A DNA stretch of 64,000 bases from Blastocatellia bacterium (lineage in GTDB: Bacteria; Acidobacteriota; Blastocatellia; UBA7656). Made by a program: the position numbers and the translations under genes. Every line of letters starts with the position of its first letter. Position 1 is the first letter of the stretch. Below the pieces are notes generated by a model. It did no database searches. It was given only the letters and a program-made list of their open reading frames with translations, and had not been told where the DNA came from. The stretch lies in assembly GCA_963765495.1 (NCBI GenBank), contig CAVXWP010000002.1:32001-96000 (forward strand), written 5' to 3'. This document shows, piece by piece, positions 49,932 to 60,064 of the stretch.

Positions 49932-50918
49932 ATGAAAAAGCTCCTCTTTTCCACTATTCTAATCCTCACAATCACTATTCAGGGCCTCTCATTCGGCGCT
50001 CAAGGTCACAAGGCGGTCGGTATGATCGCCCAGGCGAGGTTGAACCTACAGGCCGCCGCCGCTGTCACACGCCTGCTTGGAAATGGTGTCACTTTAGCTG
50101 ATGTAGCGACCTAGCCGGATGATGTGAAGCAAGCTAAGAGACGGAGAGGCCCTCTCAGGAATGATCCTGAGGCGAGAGCCTTCAACACAGCATTTCCTGA
50201 TAATGGAAGCTGGCACTTCGTCAATATGGCGCTTGGAACAAACTCTTACGCGGTCAATGGACCATTCAGCACGCAACATGACATCGTTCATATGATCAAC
50301 ACATGCATCCGTATACTTGAAACGCCTGGAAACCAAAGGACGCCGTTCACAAAGCTCCAGGCGCTCCGATGGCTGGTGCATTTGACTGGTGACATTCATC
50401 AACCTTTGCATGTCTCTGCCGGATACTATGAGTTTGACGATCAAGACGATGCCCTATTGATCGTAGACCCTGCGAGGGCTCTCGAACTTCCCCAGGATAG
50501 AGGCGGCAACTTGCTATTTTTTGGGACGGGCAGTAGCGATGAATTGCACGCTGTCTGGGACAACTTGCTTGTGCGAAGGATCGCCAATACACCTAACTTC
50601 AATCAACTCGCGGATTTCATCCTCTCAAGACTTAACGATCTTACCTGGATGAATCAGCGCAGATCTATGTTGAGTACTCCCGGTGAATTTCATTCGTGGG
50701 CATCCCGATGGGCCACTGACTCTCTTTTTCAGGCTCGGCAAGCCTATCAGGGAATCAGAATCGGAAAGACGACCTTCGATTCAGATGGAGACATTGTCTC
50801 GATTCAAATTGTTTTCCCTGATCATTACCTTGATAGACATGTGGAGCGCGAGACTTTACAGGTGGCAAAAGCTGGGTTCCGCCTTGCGGAATTACTCAAC
50901 AGGATAAACTGGAGATAG
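49932..50918 (+). pseudogene. secreted S1/P1 nuclease with in-frame TAG at 50112-50114
   Basis: GH..V..IA, A.(W)PD with W as TAG, WHFVN, LVHLTGDIHQPLH, DRGGN, LHAVWD, AGFRLA.LLN; both ORFs share one frame. Confidence 0.88.
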
Positions 50919-51073
50919 AAAAAGCCAGTAGGGGAACACACCCGAAGTTTCCCCTCACCCGATCACATCAGCGGCGCAGGTCGTCAGCGCCGCTGACGCG
51001 ATCTCCATCCAATCGCTTTCATAGGTAGGATGAGGATTCGCAAAGTGTGAGGAGTATAGCCAGTCAAAGATGG

Positions 51074-51265
51074 CTAGTGCCGCCATACCGCATTTGCGAT
51101 CAGCCCAAACGACAATCCGGCCGATCCCAAACAAACGCCCGCAGCTATCCAGTTGAAAGTGAAGAAAGCGAATATCGCTACTATGAAGCTTGCAAATCCA
51201 CAAACCAATCCACAGATTACTGCAATGCCTCCGATTGTCTGACCTTTCTCTATATCTCTTGACAT
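51074..51265 (-). CDS. small two-TM membrane protein
   Basis: GGGGAG RBS; two hydrophobic helices. Confidence 0.55.
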   Translation of the reverse strand: MSRDIEKGQTIGGIAVICGLVCGFASFIVAIFAFFTFNWIAAGVCLGSAGLSFGLIANAVWRH

Positions 51266-51520
51266 GGGCTTCTCCCCTATAAGGGATTTTCTTAAAGACT
51301 AGGAAGGCGAGAGATATCAAAAAAACTGTTTCACCTCTAGATCTCTCCCACACTTATAGACGCGATTTATTCTTAGAGTAATGCGATCTTTTGTTGTGCA
51401 ACGCACTTGTTCCAATCTGCGAATTTGGCTGCCTAACACAAGATTCACGGGGCGCGCAATCAGCGGCTATATCAGCAATCCTCTCTTCTCGCTCGGCCTG
51501 TCCCGTATGATGTTTGGTTT

Positions 51521-53701
51521 TTACGAGGCAAGGAAAGCTACCTCACCAGCCGCATCATTTAACAACTTTATGTATTCATCCGTATCATAACGCGAAGCAT
51601 TTTCTACACACTCCGCTCTCACTCTTGATGTTCTTGTCTTTGATCGCGCATCGCTGATTATGTAACCTACGCGCTCTCCCGGATGTACTTTGATTCCTGC
51701 TTCTCTCATCTGTCGCCCTGCTATAGCCGTTCGCGTCTCTGTCGTGTAATCGTCTAGCTCTTTCGTCAGCCTCCGCTTTACCAGCAATTTCTTTGGCTCT
51801 ACCTCGTCTCGCTTCAACTCGTCAATTCTTTTCTGTAGCAACTCCCTTGCTTGCTCCATCCTCTTCGCCCTTTCCTCGAGCGTTCGCGCTTTCGCCACGA
51901 TTGCCAGCATTTCTATCTGCACCTCTTTGATAAACTCAGGTGTATCCGATCTCCTACAGGCCAGCCCTCGCAGCTTCAGATTGCCGCCTGTAAATACCCC
52001 ATAATACCGGCACGCCACAGGACGGCTTCCTTTCTGCTTTGAAGACAGAAAGATTATCCACTTATAAATCCCTTCCAATGCCATCTCTACTCCGGTTGCT
52101 CGCGTGATCTCGTCGCATAATTCAAGCACATCCGTTTCGGTCAGAGACTCGCGCTCGATCCAGAGACTGTCGGTTAGCGCGTGTAATACGCTGAATCCTG
52201 CGCTTTCTGCAAGCTCTTTCGCCTGTAGCAGCTTCTCTCGCCCGAATGCCGTTGTCGCTTCGTGCGCCTCTATTCGACCAAAGCGGGCATTCTTATATCC
52301 GAGATAGCCAAAGCAGGATACAAGCATCCATTTGATGACCGCCTGCCTGGAATCATATTTCTCTCGCAGCCGATTATCTTTACACTCTCGCAGCATTCGC
52401 TTGTATTGCTTTCGACGCTCAAGCAGCGGTTCAAGTGTGAGCGGAATCAGCCCTCGCCGCCTCTCGCAGATGTTGTAGCCTGCTTCGGGCACGGTTCTGT
52501 TCTCACAGCAAGGGCAAAGCACGGTTTCCGGCGAGATGTTATGACGGACCATAATCGCCGGATACATGGAGGCAAAGTCTATCTCTGCTACATTCTCGAA
52601 AGCCCCAACCTTTTGCTGAAACGTAAGCCCGCCCTTATCTATCACAAGCAACTCAAGCGCCGTTTTGTAGCTCTCAGGCTCGCTCTTGTGCCAGGGCACA
52701 AGTATCCCTTCACCTGTAGCCCTGTCCATCTCCATAGAGGTCATCGCAGAGCCGGGACTTGTTCGCGCCATCCTCTGTACGGGAATCTTTGCGAGCCGCG
52801 CAAGCTCGATAAGTCCATCTAATCCCGTTTCGCCATAGAGAAATGAGTTTTGACCATCAATATGCCAGCGTCCGAATAGCGGATACGAAGGCCCTTTGTA
52901 GATTATCCTGCCATAGCTGAAATATGTACGCCCCTCCGTGACAATCTTTCGCTCAGTTACAACGCGGTCGCGGTCAAGCATCAAGTCAATCTTTTCTCGT
53001 TTGGCAATTTTCAGCAGGGCCGGAACGAGTAGCGTATCGCCTCGCTCGCTCAGGATCACATCGGGGTTGTATCGCTCTATCAGGCCATTGAATTCCTGCA
53101 CGGCTCGCGCGCCATCTTTAAGCCGAAGCGTTACTCGCTCGCCCGCATATTCAAGAATAATGCGGCTGTTGTAATTTGTGGGCCGCATCCTCTCGCCCCG
53201 CATCCTCAGCACCCGCAGACTGGGGAGCTTATAGCCGGTTTCCCACACCGAATCGGTGGCGGCGATCTTAAGGATGGTGCCCGCGCTATCCACTTCACAA
53301 GCAATGCGGCACAACGGAAAGAGTTGTCTCAGGTAGAGATAATATTGAGCCGTAGGTATGTCGCAATTGTAGAAGGTAATCTCTTGATCGAGCGAGGCCG
53401 CAAGACTTCTCAACTTCGGCAGCAGCGAAGAGTCGGCAATCTGCAATTCAAGCACTTCAATCAGGTTACCGCTCCAAAACTCTCGCCGCTCGGTCCATCT
53501 CACATTCAATACAATGCCGCGCCGATTCAACTCCCCGGCAAGCTGCCTCAGCCTCGCGCGCTCGCCTTGAACATAAACCGGCGGGTGAAACTCATCGGTG
53601 AGTCTTACAAGATTTCCGTCATCGGTATAGACCCATAAGGCGACCTGCGAGCCAAGCTCATCAAGATCGAATAGCCATCCTTCAAGCCGCCGATTCGCCA
53701 T
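51521..53701 (-). CDS. polB: family B DNA polymerase, PolB2-like
   Basis: DKGGL, DFASMYP, K..LVSCFGYLGYKNARFG and LTDS (degenerate DTDS); exonuclease motifs not evident. Confidence 0.9.
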   Translation of the reverse strand: MANRRLEGWLFDLDELGSQVALWVYTDDGNLVRLTDEFHPPVYVQGERARLRQLAGELNRRGIVLNVRWTERREFWSGNLIEVLELQIADSSLLPKLRSLAASLDQEITFYNCDIPTAQYYLYLRQLFPLCRIACEVDSAGTILKIAATDSVWETGYKLPSLRVLRMRGERMRPTNYNSRIILEYAGERVTLRLKDGARAVQEFNGLIERYNPDVILSERGDTLLVPALLKIAKREKIDLMLDRDRVVTERKIVTEGRTYFSYGRIIYKGPSYPLFGRWHIDGQNSFLYGETGLDGLIELARLAKIPVQRMARTSPGSAMTSMEMDRATGEGILVPWHKSEPESYKTALELLVIDKGGLTFQQKVGAFENVAEIDFASMYPAIMVRHNISPETVLCPCCENRTVPEAGYNICERRRGLIPLTLEPLLERRKQYKRMLRECKDNRLREKYDSRQAVIKWMLVSCFGYLGYKNARFGRIEAHEATTAFGREKLLQAKELAESAGFSVLHALTDSLWIERESLTETDVLELCDEITRATGVEMALEGIYKWIIFLSSKQKGSRPVACRYYGVFTGGNLKLRGLACRRSDTPEFIKEVQIEMLAIVAKARTLEERAKRMEQARELLQKRIDELKRDEVEPKKLLVKRRLTKELDDYTTETRTAIAGRQMREAGIKVHPGERVGYIISDARSKTRTSRVRAECVENASRYDTDEYIKLLNDAAGEVAFLAS

Positions 53702-53984
53702 TGTTCCCCTTCAGAGACTTCAATTGCTCTTCAAGCTCATTTACTCTTGATTCCAGCTTTTCGATTGACTTCCAGCCTTCTATAAGTACTGAGATGAAGA
53801 AGGCTTCAGCCGGGTCGGGATTCGAATAATAAACAGCCGCCTGTATGTGCAATCGGGCTTGCTCGAATAACGCGTCTAACGCCTGCTGGTCTTCTTTACG
53901 CAAAGCGCGGCGAAACTTGTTGAGTTGTTGCTGCTGTTCGGCAAGCACCTGGCTAAATGGCAGAAGTGTGCGCCCCATACTCAA
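53682..53984 (-). CDS. small helical PolB2-associated protein
   Basis: MGRT......W/L..FRRALR.EDQ..D.LF..AR.H pattern; overlaps polB. Confidence 0.75.
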   Translation of the reverse strand: MSMGRTLLPFSQVLAEQQQQLNKFRRALRKEDQQALDALFEQARLHIQAAVYYSNPDPAEAFFISVLIEGWKSIEKLESRVNELEEQLKSLKGNNGESAA

Positions 53985-54604
53985 CCTCCTATGATATGGT
54001 CTAAGGCCGCGAGGTAAGGAAGCGCCACGCGGCGACGGTTTTCGAGCGCAAATGTATGCTTGCTGCCCAGACGCAACACCACGTCAGACGCCCGGCAAAG
54101 GTCTGTCAAGAAATAGGTGCGGCGGGTGGCTTGTGGCATCTGGCTTTGAACCAGCACCAGCGTCATCCCGTCATTGACAAGCCCTACAATCTGCCAGAGA
54201 GCGCGATAGAACAGGCGCGCGGCGTCTACGACCGAAACATCTTCATCGAAAAAGGTAGAGCATGGCCCCGAAATCACAACCAGATCATTTTGCAGGTTAG
54301 ACTTGAGCCTGCCGACAAGCTCGACGAACTGATAAACAGTGAAAGCGCGAGCAATCAGGATTGATTGCAACGCGCTTTCCGGCCTCACTCCTTTCAACTT
54401 TGCAAAGAGCGACACAGCATAAGGATCGAATCGGTTATCTCCACAAATGAATCTTACCTGTCGTCTCTCACAAACAGCGCGAGCGATAACATAAGTAGCA
54501 AGCCCCTGAGCGCCATCGCCGCACAGCAACACGCTGCGAGCAGGAGCGAGCGAGGCAAAGGCTACAGTCTGGGCCATGCTGATGGAGAGAGTTCTTGAAA
54601 CCAT
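53981..54604 (-). CDS. inactive RecA/RadA-like (ImuA-analogous) protein
   Basis: ICGDNRFDPY..IARAFT.YQ..FFDEDV pattern; no Walker A lysine. Confidence 0.75.
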   Translation of the reverse strand: MVSRTLSISMAQTVAFASLAPARSVLLCGDGAQGLATYVIARAVCERRQVRFICGDNRFDPYAVSLFAKLKGVRPESALQSILIARAFTVYQFVELVGRLKSNLQNDLVVISGPCSTFFDEDVSVVDAARLFYRALWQIVGLVNDGMTLVLVQSQMPQATRRTYFLTDLCRASDVVLRLGSKHTFALENRRRVALPYLAALDHIIGG

Positions 54605-54608
54605 AAGC

Positions 54609-55226
54609 TCAATCTCTGGACTTGTATCTGCGGAGTACGCCAATGACAACACCCTGAATATCCACCCGCTCAGAGGCATTGATAAAGATCGGTTTGTAAC
54701 GCGGATTTGCGGCTTCCAAACGAATACGACCCCGCTCCCTGTAGAATCGCTTTACGGTGGCATCTGTGCCGTCGATGAGAGCAACTACAGTCTGCCCGTT
54801 GTCGGCTGTCTGGCGAGATTCAACAATGATGAAATCCTCATCGAGAATACCTTCTCCAATCATAGAATCGCCTCGCACCCGCAGGGCGAAGGTGCGATTA
54901 TTCCCAAGCATAGTATGAGGAACACAGATAGACTCGCTGCTGAGAATAGCTTCAATAGGATGACCGGCGGCGATGACACCAAGTAAAGGTATCTCGCAGT
55001 CATTCTCGAATACAGGGGAGCCAATGATTTCAATGCCTCTACTGACATTGGGGGTGCGCCGTATAAACCCTTCTCGCTGTAAAGCGGAGAGCAGAGAGTG
55101 AACAGTGGCCGGAGAGCTAAGGCTGAACTGGTTGCGGATTTCAGCGATAGTAGGCGCATGGCCATGCGCCTGGATGAAGCGACAAAGATAATCAAACACC
55201 TGGTTCTGGCGCGGAGTAATGGTCAT
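54609..55226 (-). CDS. lexA: SOS repressor LexA
   Basis: TPRQ..PT..EI..S..TV..L..L...G.I; AAG cleavage site; VRGDSM; TVKRF. Confidence 0.95.
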   Translation of the reverse strand: MTITPRQNQVFDYLCRFIQAHGHAPTIAEIRNQFSLSSPATVHSLLSALQREGFIRRTPNVSRGIEIIGSPVFENDCEIPLLGVIAAGHPIEAILSSESICVPHTMLGNNRTFALRVRGDSMIGEGILDEDFIIVESRQTADNGQTVVALIDGTDATVKRFYRERGRIRLEAANPRYKPIFINASERVDIQGVVIGVLRRYKSRD

Positions 55227-55497
55227 AATTCGTCTCCTGGCGAAAATCTACTATCCATGATCGAAAATAAACGAAAATTGTCAAGGGATAAAATACTTCC
55301 GACCATGCCCCACCATTTTTTAGAAAAGGAAGTAATCAGAAAGTGGTCAACCTCTTCCAGATCATCGAAAAGGTAATCACTCCTGATTTTATTCCGCGCA
55401 AGCTACTACTTGCCCTGATCCTTCGTAAGATTCATATCTCTATTGACGTCCTGATGCGGCTGTAGTATATGCTTTGCCCGTTTGTAGGAGAACAACC

Positions 55498-57183
55498 ATG
55501 ACATCCCCGGATACTCTCAAACCACCACAAGAGTCTACCTTCAAATGTGACTGTGAAGATTGGATGCGTTCTGCCTGTGAGGGTGAGCCTTTCTACAAAG
55601 AGCATGAAGGCAAGCAGTACTGTGTGCTTCACTCTCCAGAAAAAGAAAAGAGTGAGGCTTTCAATGAAGCCCTAAACAGAAAGCTTGAGAATAAAGACTT
55701 TGATTTTCGCGGTGTATGGTTCCCCGATGATGTGGACTTTAATGGATTTGAATTCAGCGCGTCGGCGGACTTCTTCTCTGCTAGATTCAGCGAGAAGGCC
55801 GACTTCCAATCTGCAAAATTTAGCGCGTGGGCGGATTTCCGAGCTGCAAAATTCAGCGAGAAGGCGGACTTCCGAGCTGCAAAATTCAGCGAGAAGGCCG
55901 ACTTCCAATCTACCACATTCAGCGCGTCGGCGAACTTCTTCTCTGCCAGATTCAGCGAGAAGGCCGACTTCCAATCTGCAAAATTTAGCGCGTGGGCGGA
56001 CTTCCGATCTGCCACATTCAGCAAGAAGGCCGACTTCTTCTCTGCCAGATTCAGCGAGAAGGCCGACTTCCAATCTGCAAAATTCAACGAGAAGGCCGAC
56101 TTCCGAGCTGTCACATTCAGCGCGTCGGCGGACTTCCGGTCTGCCACATTCAGCGGGAAAGCGATCTTTTACTCTGCCACATTCAGCGCGTCGGCATACT
56201 TCTCCTTAGCCACACTCAGTGGGGAGGTGGATTTCTACTCTGCCAAATTCAGCACGTCGGCGTACTTCTCTGTTGCAACATTCAGCGGGAAAGCGAATTT
56301 TCACTCTGCCAGATTCAGCGAGAAGGCCGACTTCCAATCTGCAAAATTCAGCGAGAAGGCCGACTTCTCCTTTGCCACATTCAGTGGGGAAACATCCTTC
56401 GCCTCTGCCGCATTTAGCGGGGATGCGTCCTTCTCCGAGGCTACGTTCAAAGATCAGGTCAGGTTTGTCGGGAATGACGGGAATCGGATTTTTAGTGAAG
56501 AGTCTACAGTTGATTTTCAAGTTAAACTCATTGAAAAGCCTGACCGAGTTTCTTTTCATACAGTGACTCTTTGCCCAACCTGGCTCATCAATGTAATAGA
56601 TGCGCCTAAGTTCGAGCTTACGAACGTGAAATGGGTTGAGGGTGTCACCAAACAAGAAATCAAAACGTTGAAATCCAGAAATGTTGAATCACCCCATCAA
56701 CTCCTTTCTATTGCTTATCGCAATCTTGCAGTCAACACCGAAGAGAATCACCACTATGATAGGGCATCAAGGTTTCGTTATAAGGCGATGGATGTGCTCA
56801 GATGTGAAAATTGTAGGGGCTTCGCTTTCTGGTCGTTGGGTTGGTGGTACTGGGTTTCAAGCGGTTACGGCGAAAAGATCATTAGAGCCTTTTTTTGGTT
56901 CTTAGTAATATGGTTGCTATTTGCCTGGCTCTACACAAAAGTAGATTTTGCTCACCCGAATCCACAGGCTTCAACTGCGAATCAGGCAGCAGCCGCAGAT
57001 GTAGGCGAACCACTCAAGTTACCACGCGCCCTCACTTACAGTTTTGCAGTGATGAGCTTACAGAAACCGGAGCCACGCCCGGCAACAAATACGACTCACG
57101 CTCTGGTAACACTAGAAACAGTTCTAGGCCCCTTGCAAGCTGCGTTGCTTGCCCTCGCTGTTCGTAGAAAGTTTATGCGATGA
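55498..57183 (+). CDS. pentapeptide-repeat protein with C-terminal membrane domain
   Basis: About 20 units of 11 aa (ADFxSAxFSxx); N-terminal C..C..YCVLH; C-terminal SGYGE..TM..E.VLG...AL..LAVRRKF. Confidence 0.9.
   Translation: MTSPDTLKPPQESTFKCDCEDWMRSACEGEPFYKEHEGKQYCVLHSPEKEKSEAFNEALNRKLENKDFDFRGVWFPDDVDFNGFEFSASADFFSARFSEKADFQSAKFSAWADFRAAKFSEKADFRAAKFSEKADFQSTTFSASANFFSARFSEKADFQSAKFSAWADFRSATFSKKADFFSARFSEKADFQSAKFNEKADFRAVTFSASADFRSATFSGKAIFYSATFSASAYFSLATLSGEVDFYSAKFSTSAYFSVATFSGKANFHSARFSEKADFQSAKFSEKADFSFATFSGETSFASAAFSGDASFSEATFKDQVRFVGNDGNRIFSEESTVDFQVKLIEKPDRVSFHTVTLCPTWLINVIDAPKFELTNVKWVEGVTKQEIKTLKSRNVESPHQLLSIAYRNLAVNTEENHHYDRASRFRYKAMDVLRCENCRGFAFWSLGWWYWVSSGYGEKIIRAFFWFLVIWLLFAWLYTKVDFAHPNPQASTANQAAAADVGEPLKLPRALTYSFAVMSLQKPEPRPATNTTHALVTLETVLGPLQAALLALAVRRKFMR
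55740..56450 (+). repeat. 33-bp coding tandem repeat
   Basis: TTCAGCGAGAAGGCCGACTTCCAATCTGCAAAA-like units. Confidence 0.85.
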
Positions 57184-57239
57184 TTTATTTGCCCTCTCAT
57201 TCGTAGACCTCAAGCAATCATCGGAGTAGAATTAAGCTA

Positions 57240-57440
57240 ATGAATAACCAACCTCAATCGAAACTGACCTCTCAATGGGATTTGTTATGGCAGGATTTGC
57301 AGAAGATCACTCAAGGCTGGCCAGAAGAAGAGGCGCGATACTTTACGAAAGTTTTCACCTCTCAACCTGGAAGAATAGCCTTCACGATTTATCTCGTAAT
57401 TGTGCTGGCTTTCATATTTGCAGTTTTCAAAGCCCTATGA
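57240..57440 (+). CDS. small membrane protein
   Basis: GGAG upstream; one C-terminal TM; converges on 57435-58307. Confidence 0.5.
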   Translation: MNNQPQSKLTSQWDLLWQDLQKITQGWPEEEARYFTKVFTSQPGRIAFTIYLVIVLAFIFAVFKAL

Positions 57441-58307
57441 ACCCAAGGGCTCCCAATTCCAGATCATAGGGAAGGTAATCACGCCAACCGCAGTGCCGCT
57501 CAAGCACCCACCCGGCCCGAGCCCCACATCATCAGCGCCGCTCACTATCTGGGCCATTGGGATGAGTTCAGTCCAGTCACTCTCATCGGTTGGATCGCTC
57601 GCCTTTGTCGAGTAATAGGTGTGAAAGATCGCCCCTCTCCTCTGCAACCTCACATAGCGCCCTGAATCGCCGCTCATGGTCTCGACCTGCGCCGCCGCAT
57701 CGTATTGATCAATTCTTGTGAACACAGCCGCGCCGTCATTTCTCACGCAGATGTAAACACCAAAACCTGATTCGAATCGAGCGCCGATGAATCCTCTGTA
57801 AGTCGGAGGCCCCGCAGGCACATCAACCGCCGCCCACACGTCGAAGTCTTTCATCACGCCCTGATAAAGCAACGAACCATCACCGGCCAGAACAGCAACA
57901 GGTGGCGCAATCTCCAACTCACCTTTCTTGTTCACCGAAAAGCCCGCTCCGCTCGCGGTCCAGAATGGATCGATCACCTCATGCTCGAAGTCATCAGGAA
58001 TGAACCAGGCGATCTCTCGACAGAGCGCAGTCTTTGTGTTGCTCTCCGGCGCGATCTGCACGACCTGGAGAACGCGCATTTCACCGACCGGACCCTTGAG
58101 AATATCGCCCACGATCACATCAGCGTTCGACGACACGCGCACGCCCATAGTGTAGGCTCTCGACCTCGCCCCGCGCGCCAGCACTTCGCTTATTCCGACT
58201 TCGCCGCGAAGTACCCGAACCCAGGCAGGCGAGATAGTAATCATCTCACTGCCGTAGCGAATGCGAGTAAACGAGGCGCGCGCCCAAGGCGTTTGTGTGC
58301 GTCTCAT
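57435..58307 (-). CDS. putative virion protein: head-closure-like N domain + ConA-like beta-sandwich
   Basis: Follows the capsid gene; VIVGDIL....MRV..V.......T...C.E resembles head-closure proteins; YVRLQRRG..F.TYYS.....WTE resembles DUF1349/ConA-like domains. Confidence 0.5.
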   Translation of the reverse strand: MRRTQTPWARASFTRIRYGSEMITISPAWVRVLRGEVGISEVLARGARSRAYTMGVRVSSNADVIVGDILKGPVGEMRVLQVVQIAPESNTKTALCREIAWFIPDDFEHEVIDPFWTASGAGFSVNKKGELEIAPPVAVLAGDGSLLYQGVMKDFDVWAAVDVPAGPPTYRGFIGARFESGFGVYICVRNDGAAVFTRIDQYDAAAQVETMSGDSGRYVRLQRRGAIFHTYYSTKASDPTDESDWTELIPMAQIVSGADDVGLGPGGCLSGTAVGVITFPMIWNWEPLGS

Positions 58308-58400
58308 AGTTCTACTTACTCAAGACACGAAGACCCGGCACGAGGAGATCAAGGCTTTGGCCCACGTCCTTGCGTCTCCCGCTCTCTGCGCCGGCAAACG

Positions 58401-59543
58401 CTATGGAATGCGCTTCACCTGGTCAGTGTCGCCTACAATCCCGGCATAGCGACCAAACCCTGCCAGGTCATCAGCATACTGCACCGGATCGAAACGACCG
58501 AACAGCGTCAGGTCCATTCGATAGCCGCCTTTGAGTTTTCCCTTGGGCAAGATCACATAGATGCCAGCCCCGTCGCCATCCACCGGAACATGAACGCTCA
58601 TCACTGGTCGGATGCGGAATTTCAAACGCTGCTTGCCTGCCGCCTGCTGAATCGCAAAGTCGGTGTTTGTTCTCAGCGCCCCATCAACCTCACCGGCCTT
58701 CTCAGGAGCGTACAGCACAACAAACTCACTGTTCGCGCTTGCGGAGTAGCCTTTCCCCTGAACTGCTCGCAGGATCGTAGCGCATGCGCCGTTGATCTTT
58801 GCGATCAGGTCAGCACCCTTATTGAAGTTGATCGTGTTGCCGAGACCGGTGATCAGCGAGTAGAAGGCTTTCGCCCGCTCGAAATAGTAGTCTTCTCGCA
58901 TCATGAAGAAGACATCCGAGATACTCATGTAATCCTGATCGTCCCAGTAAACGCGATCAATCGAGAGTCCCCCGCCGAACATATCGTATTCAACAGTGAC
59001 CTCAGACCCTCTGACCTGGCGCAGTTCAACCGGCTCACCCGGTAGCCGCTTCTTGAAAGTCACTCCGCTTGTGACATTCAGGATCTTGAAATAACTCTTG
59101 ATCAGTTGAGCCTCCGCCGTAGCTACGTCATGGATCATAAAGATTTGCTCGTAGCTTGTATCCATCTCACCAGGCGTTATCAAGAAGCGGTCTATATAGG
59201 CTCGGATATTTGCATCCGCAGGGAAGTCACCAAATGTTATCCCCTCTGTCACTCGTGCCCGCGCGCTGAATTCGTATAGCGAGGTCCTGAATTTTCGTCG
59301 TAGCTTCTCCGGAGCCCTCAAGAACTCTTGCAGGGCGACAACAGCGGCCACACGCCTGGCGGCCTCGCCGTTTCGCATTGCCTCAAGTACCCCTATCATG
59401 TCGAACTGCGACGGGTTCTGACGGCCATGCCCCTGCGCTCCCGGCTCAAACTCCCTTACTTGCGCGGCCCTCGCGTATAGGATCGCCTGATCTACCATTG
59501 ACGCGCCCTTAGGCCCACTCATCGGAATTAGATTCGTTCCCAC
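58401..59543 (-). CDS. putative major capsid protein
   Basis: About 380 aa, downstream of portal, protease and DUF2190; GGAGG RBS + GTG. Call is positional. Confidence 0.65.
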   Translation of the reverse strand: MGTNLIPMSGPKGASMVDQAILYARAAQVREFEPGAQGHGRQNPSQFDMIGVLEAMRNGEAARRVAAVVALQEFLRAPEKLRRKFRTSLYEFSARARVTEGITFGDFPADANIRAYIDRFLITPGEMDTSYEQIFMIHDVATAEAQLIKSYFKILNVTSGVTFKKRLPGEPVELRQVRGSEVTVEYDMFGGGLSIDRVYWDDQDYMSISDVFFMMREDYYFERAKAFYSLITGLGNTINFNKGADLIAKINGACATILRAVQGKGYSASANSEFVVLYAPEKAGEVDGALRTNTDFAIQQAAGKQRLKFRIRPVMSVHVPVDGDGAGIYVILPKGKLKGGYRMDLTLFGRFDPVQYADDLAGFGRYAGIVGDTDQVKRIP

Positions 59544-59626
59544 ATTACACCTCCCAGGCATCGGCAGTGAGCCGATGCTTCTCAAATTTGGAAATCTCAA
59601 CCTCGAATTCTGATGGCCAAAGGCTG

Positions 59627-60016
59627 TCAGACCACATCGGGGCTGAACTCGATAAACAGAGTGTTGCCCTCCAGCACCCCGCCGCTCAGATCCTTTGCCT
59701 CAAGCACTCGACCGCACAGAGTATTGCCGCCGGCAGTCTTTGTGAACTTGCCAGCGCCGTTGTCCCAATAGACCTTATCGAACACGCCGAAGTTCTCAGC
59801 AGCGATGTTTGAATCATCGGCTGCGGCGGTCACCTCTGCGCGCTCGACTTTGTAGACATACAGATGGTCCGCGCCATCTGCGTAGCTGTCGAAGGGAAAG
59901 ACAACCTTGCCGCTCAGGAGCTGAGGCGTCCCCTTCACCTTCGCCCCGGCTTCGGCCATCTTCTTGACAGTGCAGTAGGTACCCACCGCCGATCTGATCT
60001 CGATTACATCATTCAC
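59627..60016 (-). CDS. DUF2190-like capsid cement/decoration protein
   Basis: DKVYWD....FTKTA.GNT.CG.V.EA pattern. Confidence 0.75.
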   Translation of the reverse strand: MNDVIEIRSAVGTYCTVKKMAEAGAKVKGTPQLLSGKVVFPFDSYADGADHLYVYKVERAEVTAAADDSNIAAENFGVFDKVYWDNGAGKFTKTAGGNTLCGRVLEAKDLSGGVLEGNTLFIEFSPDVV

Positions 60017-60064
60017 GCCTCACCTCCAACTTGTCAGTAAATAGACACCTTTGAATTAGGCCGA

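Noticed and set aside
50112-50114. Amber recoding (alternative genetic code) in the phage region
   Set aside because: Only one case, at a Trp codon one transition away; TAG ends this same gene at 50916-50918 and neighbouring genes are uninterrupted.
55629-56655. Long alternative-frame and antisense ORFs in the pentapeptide gene
   Set aside because: By-products of a stop-free 33-bp tandem repeat.
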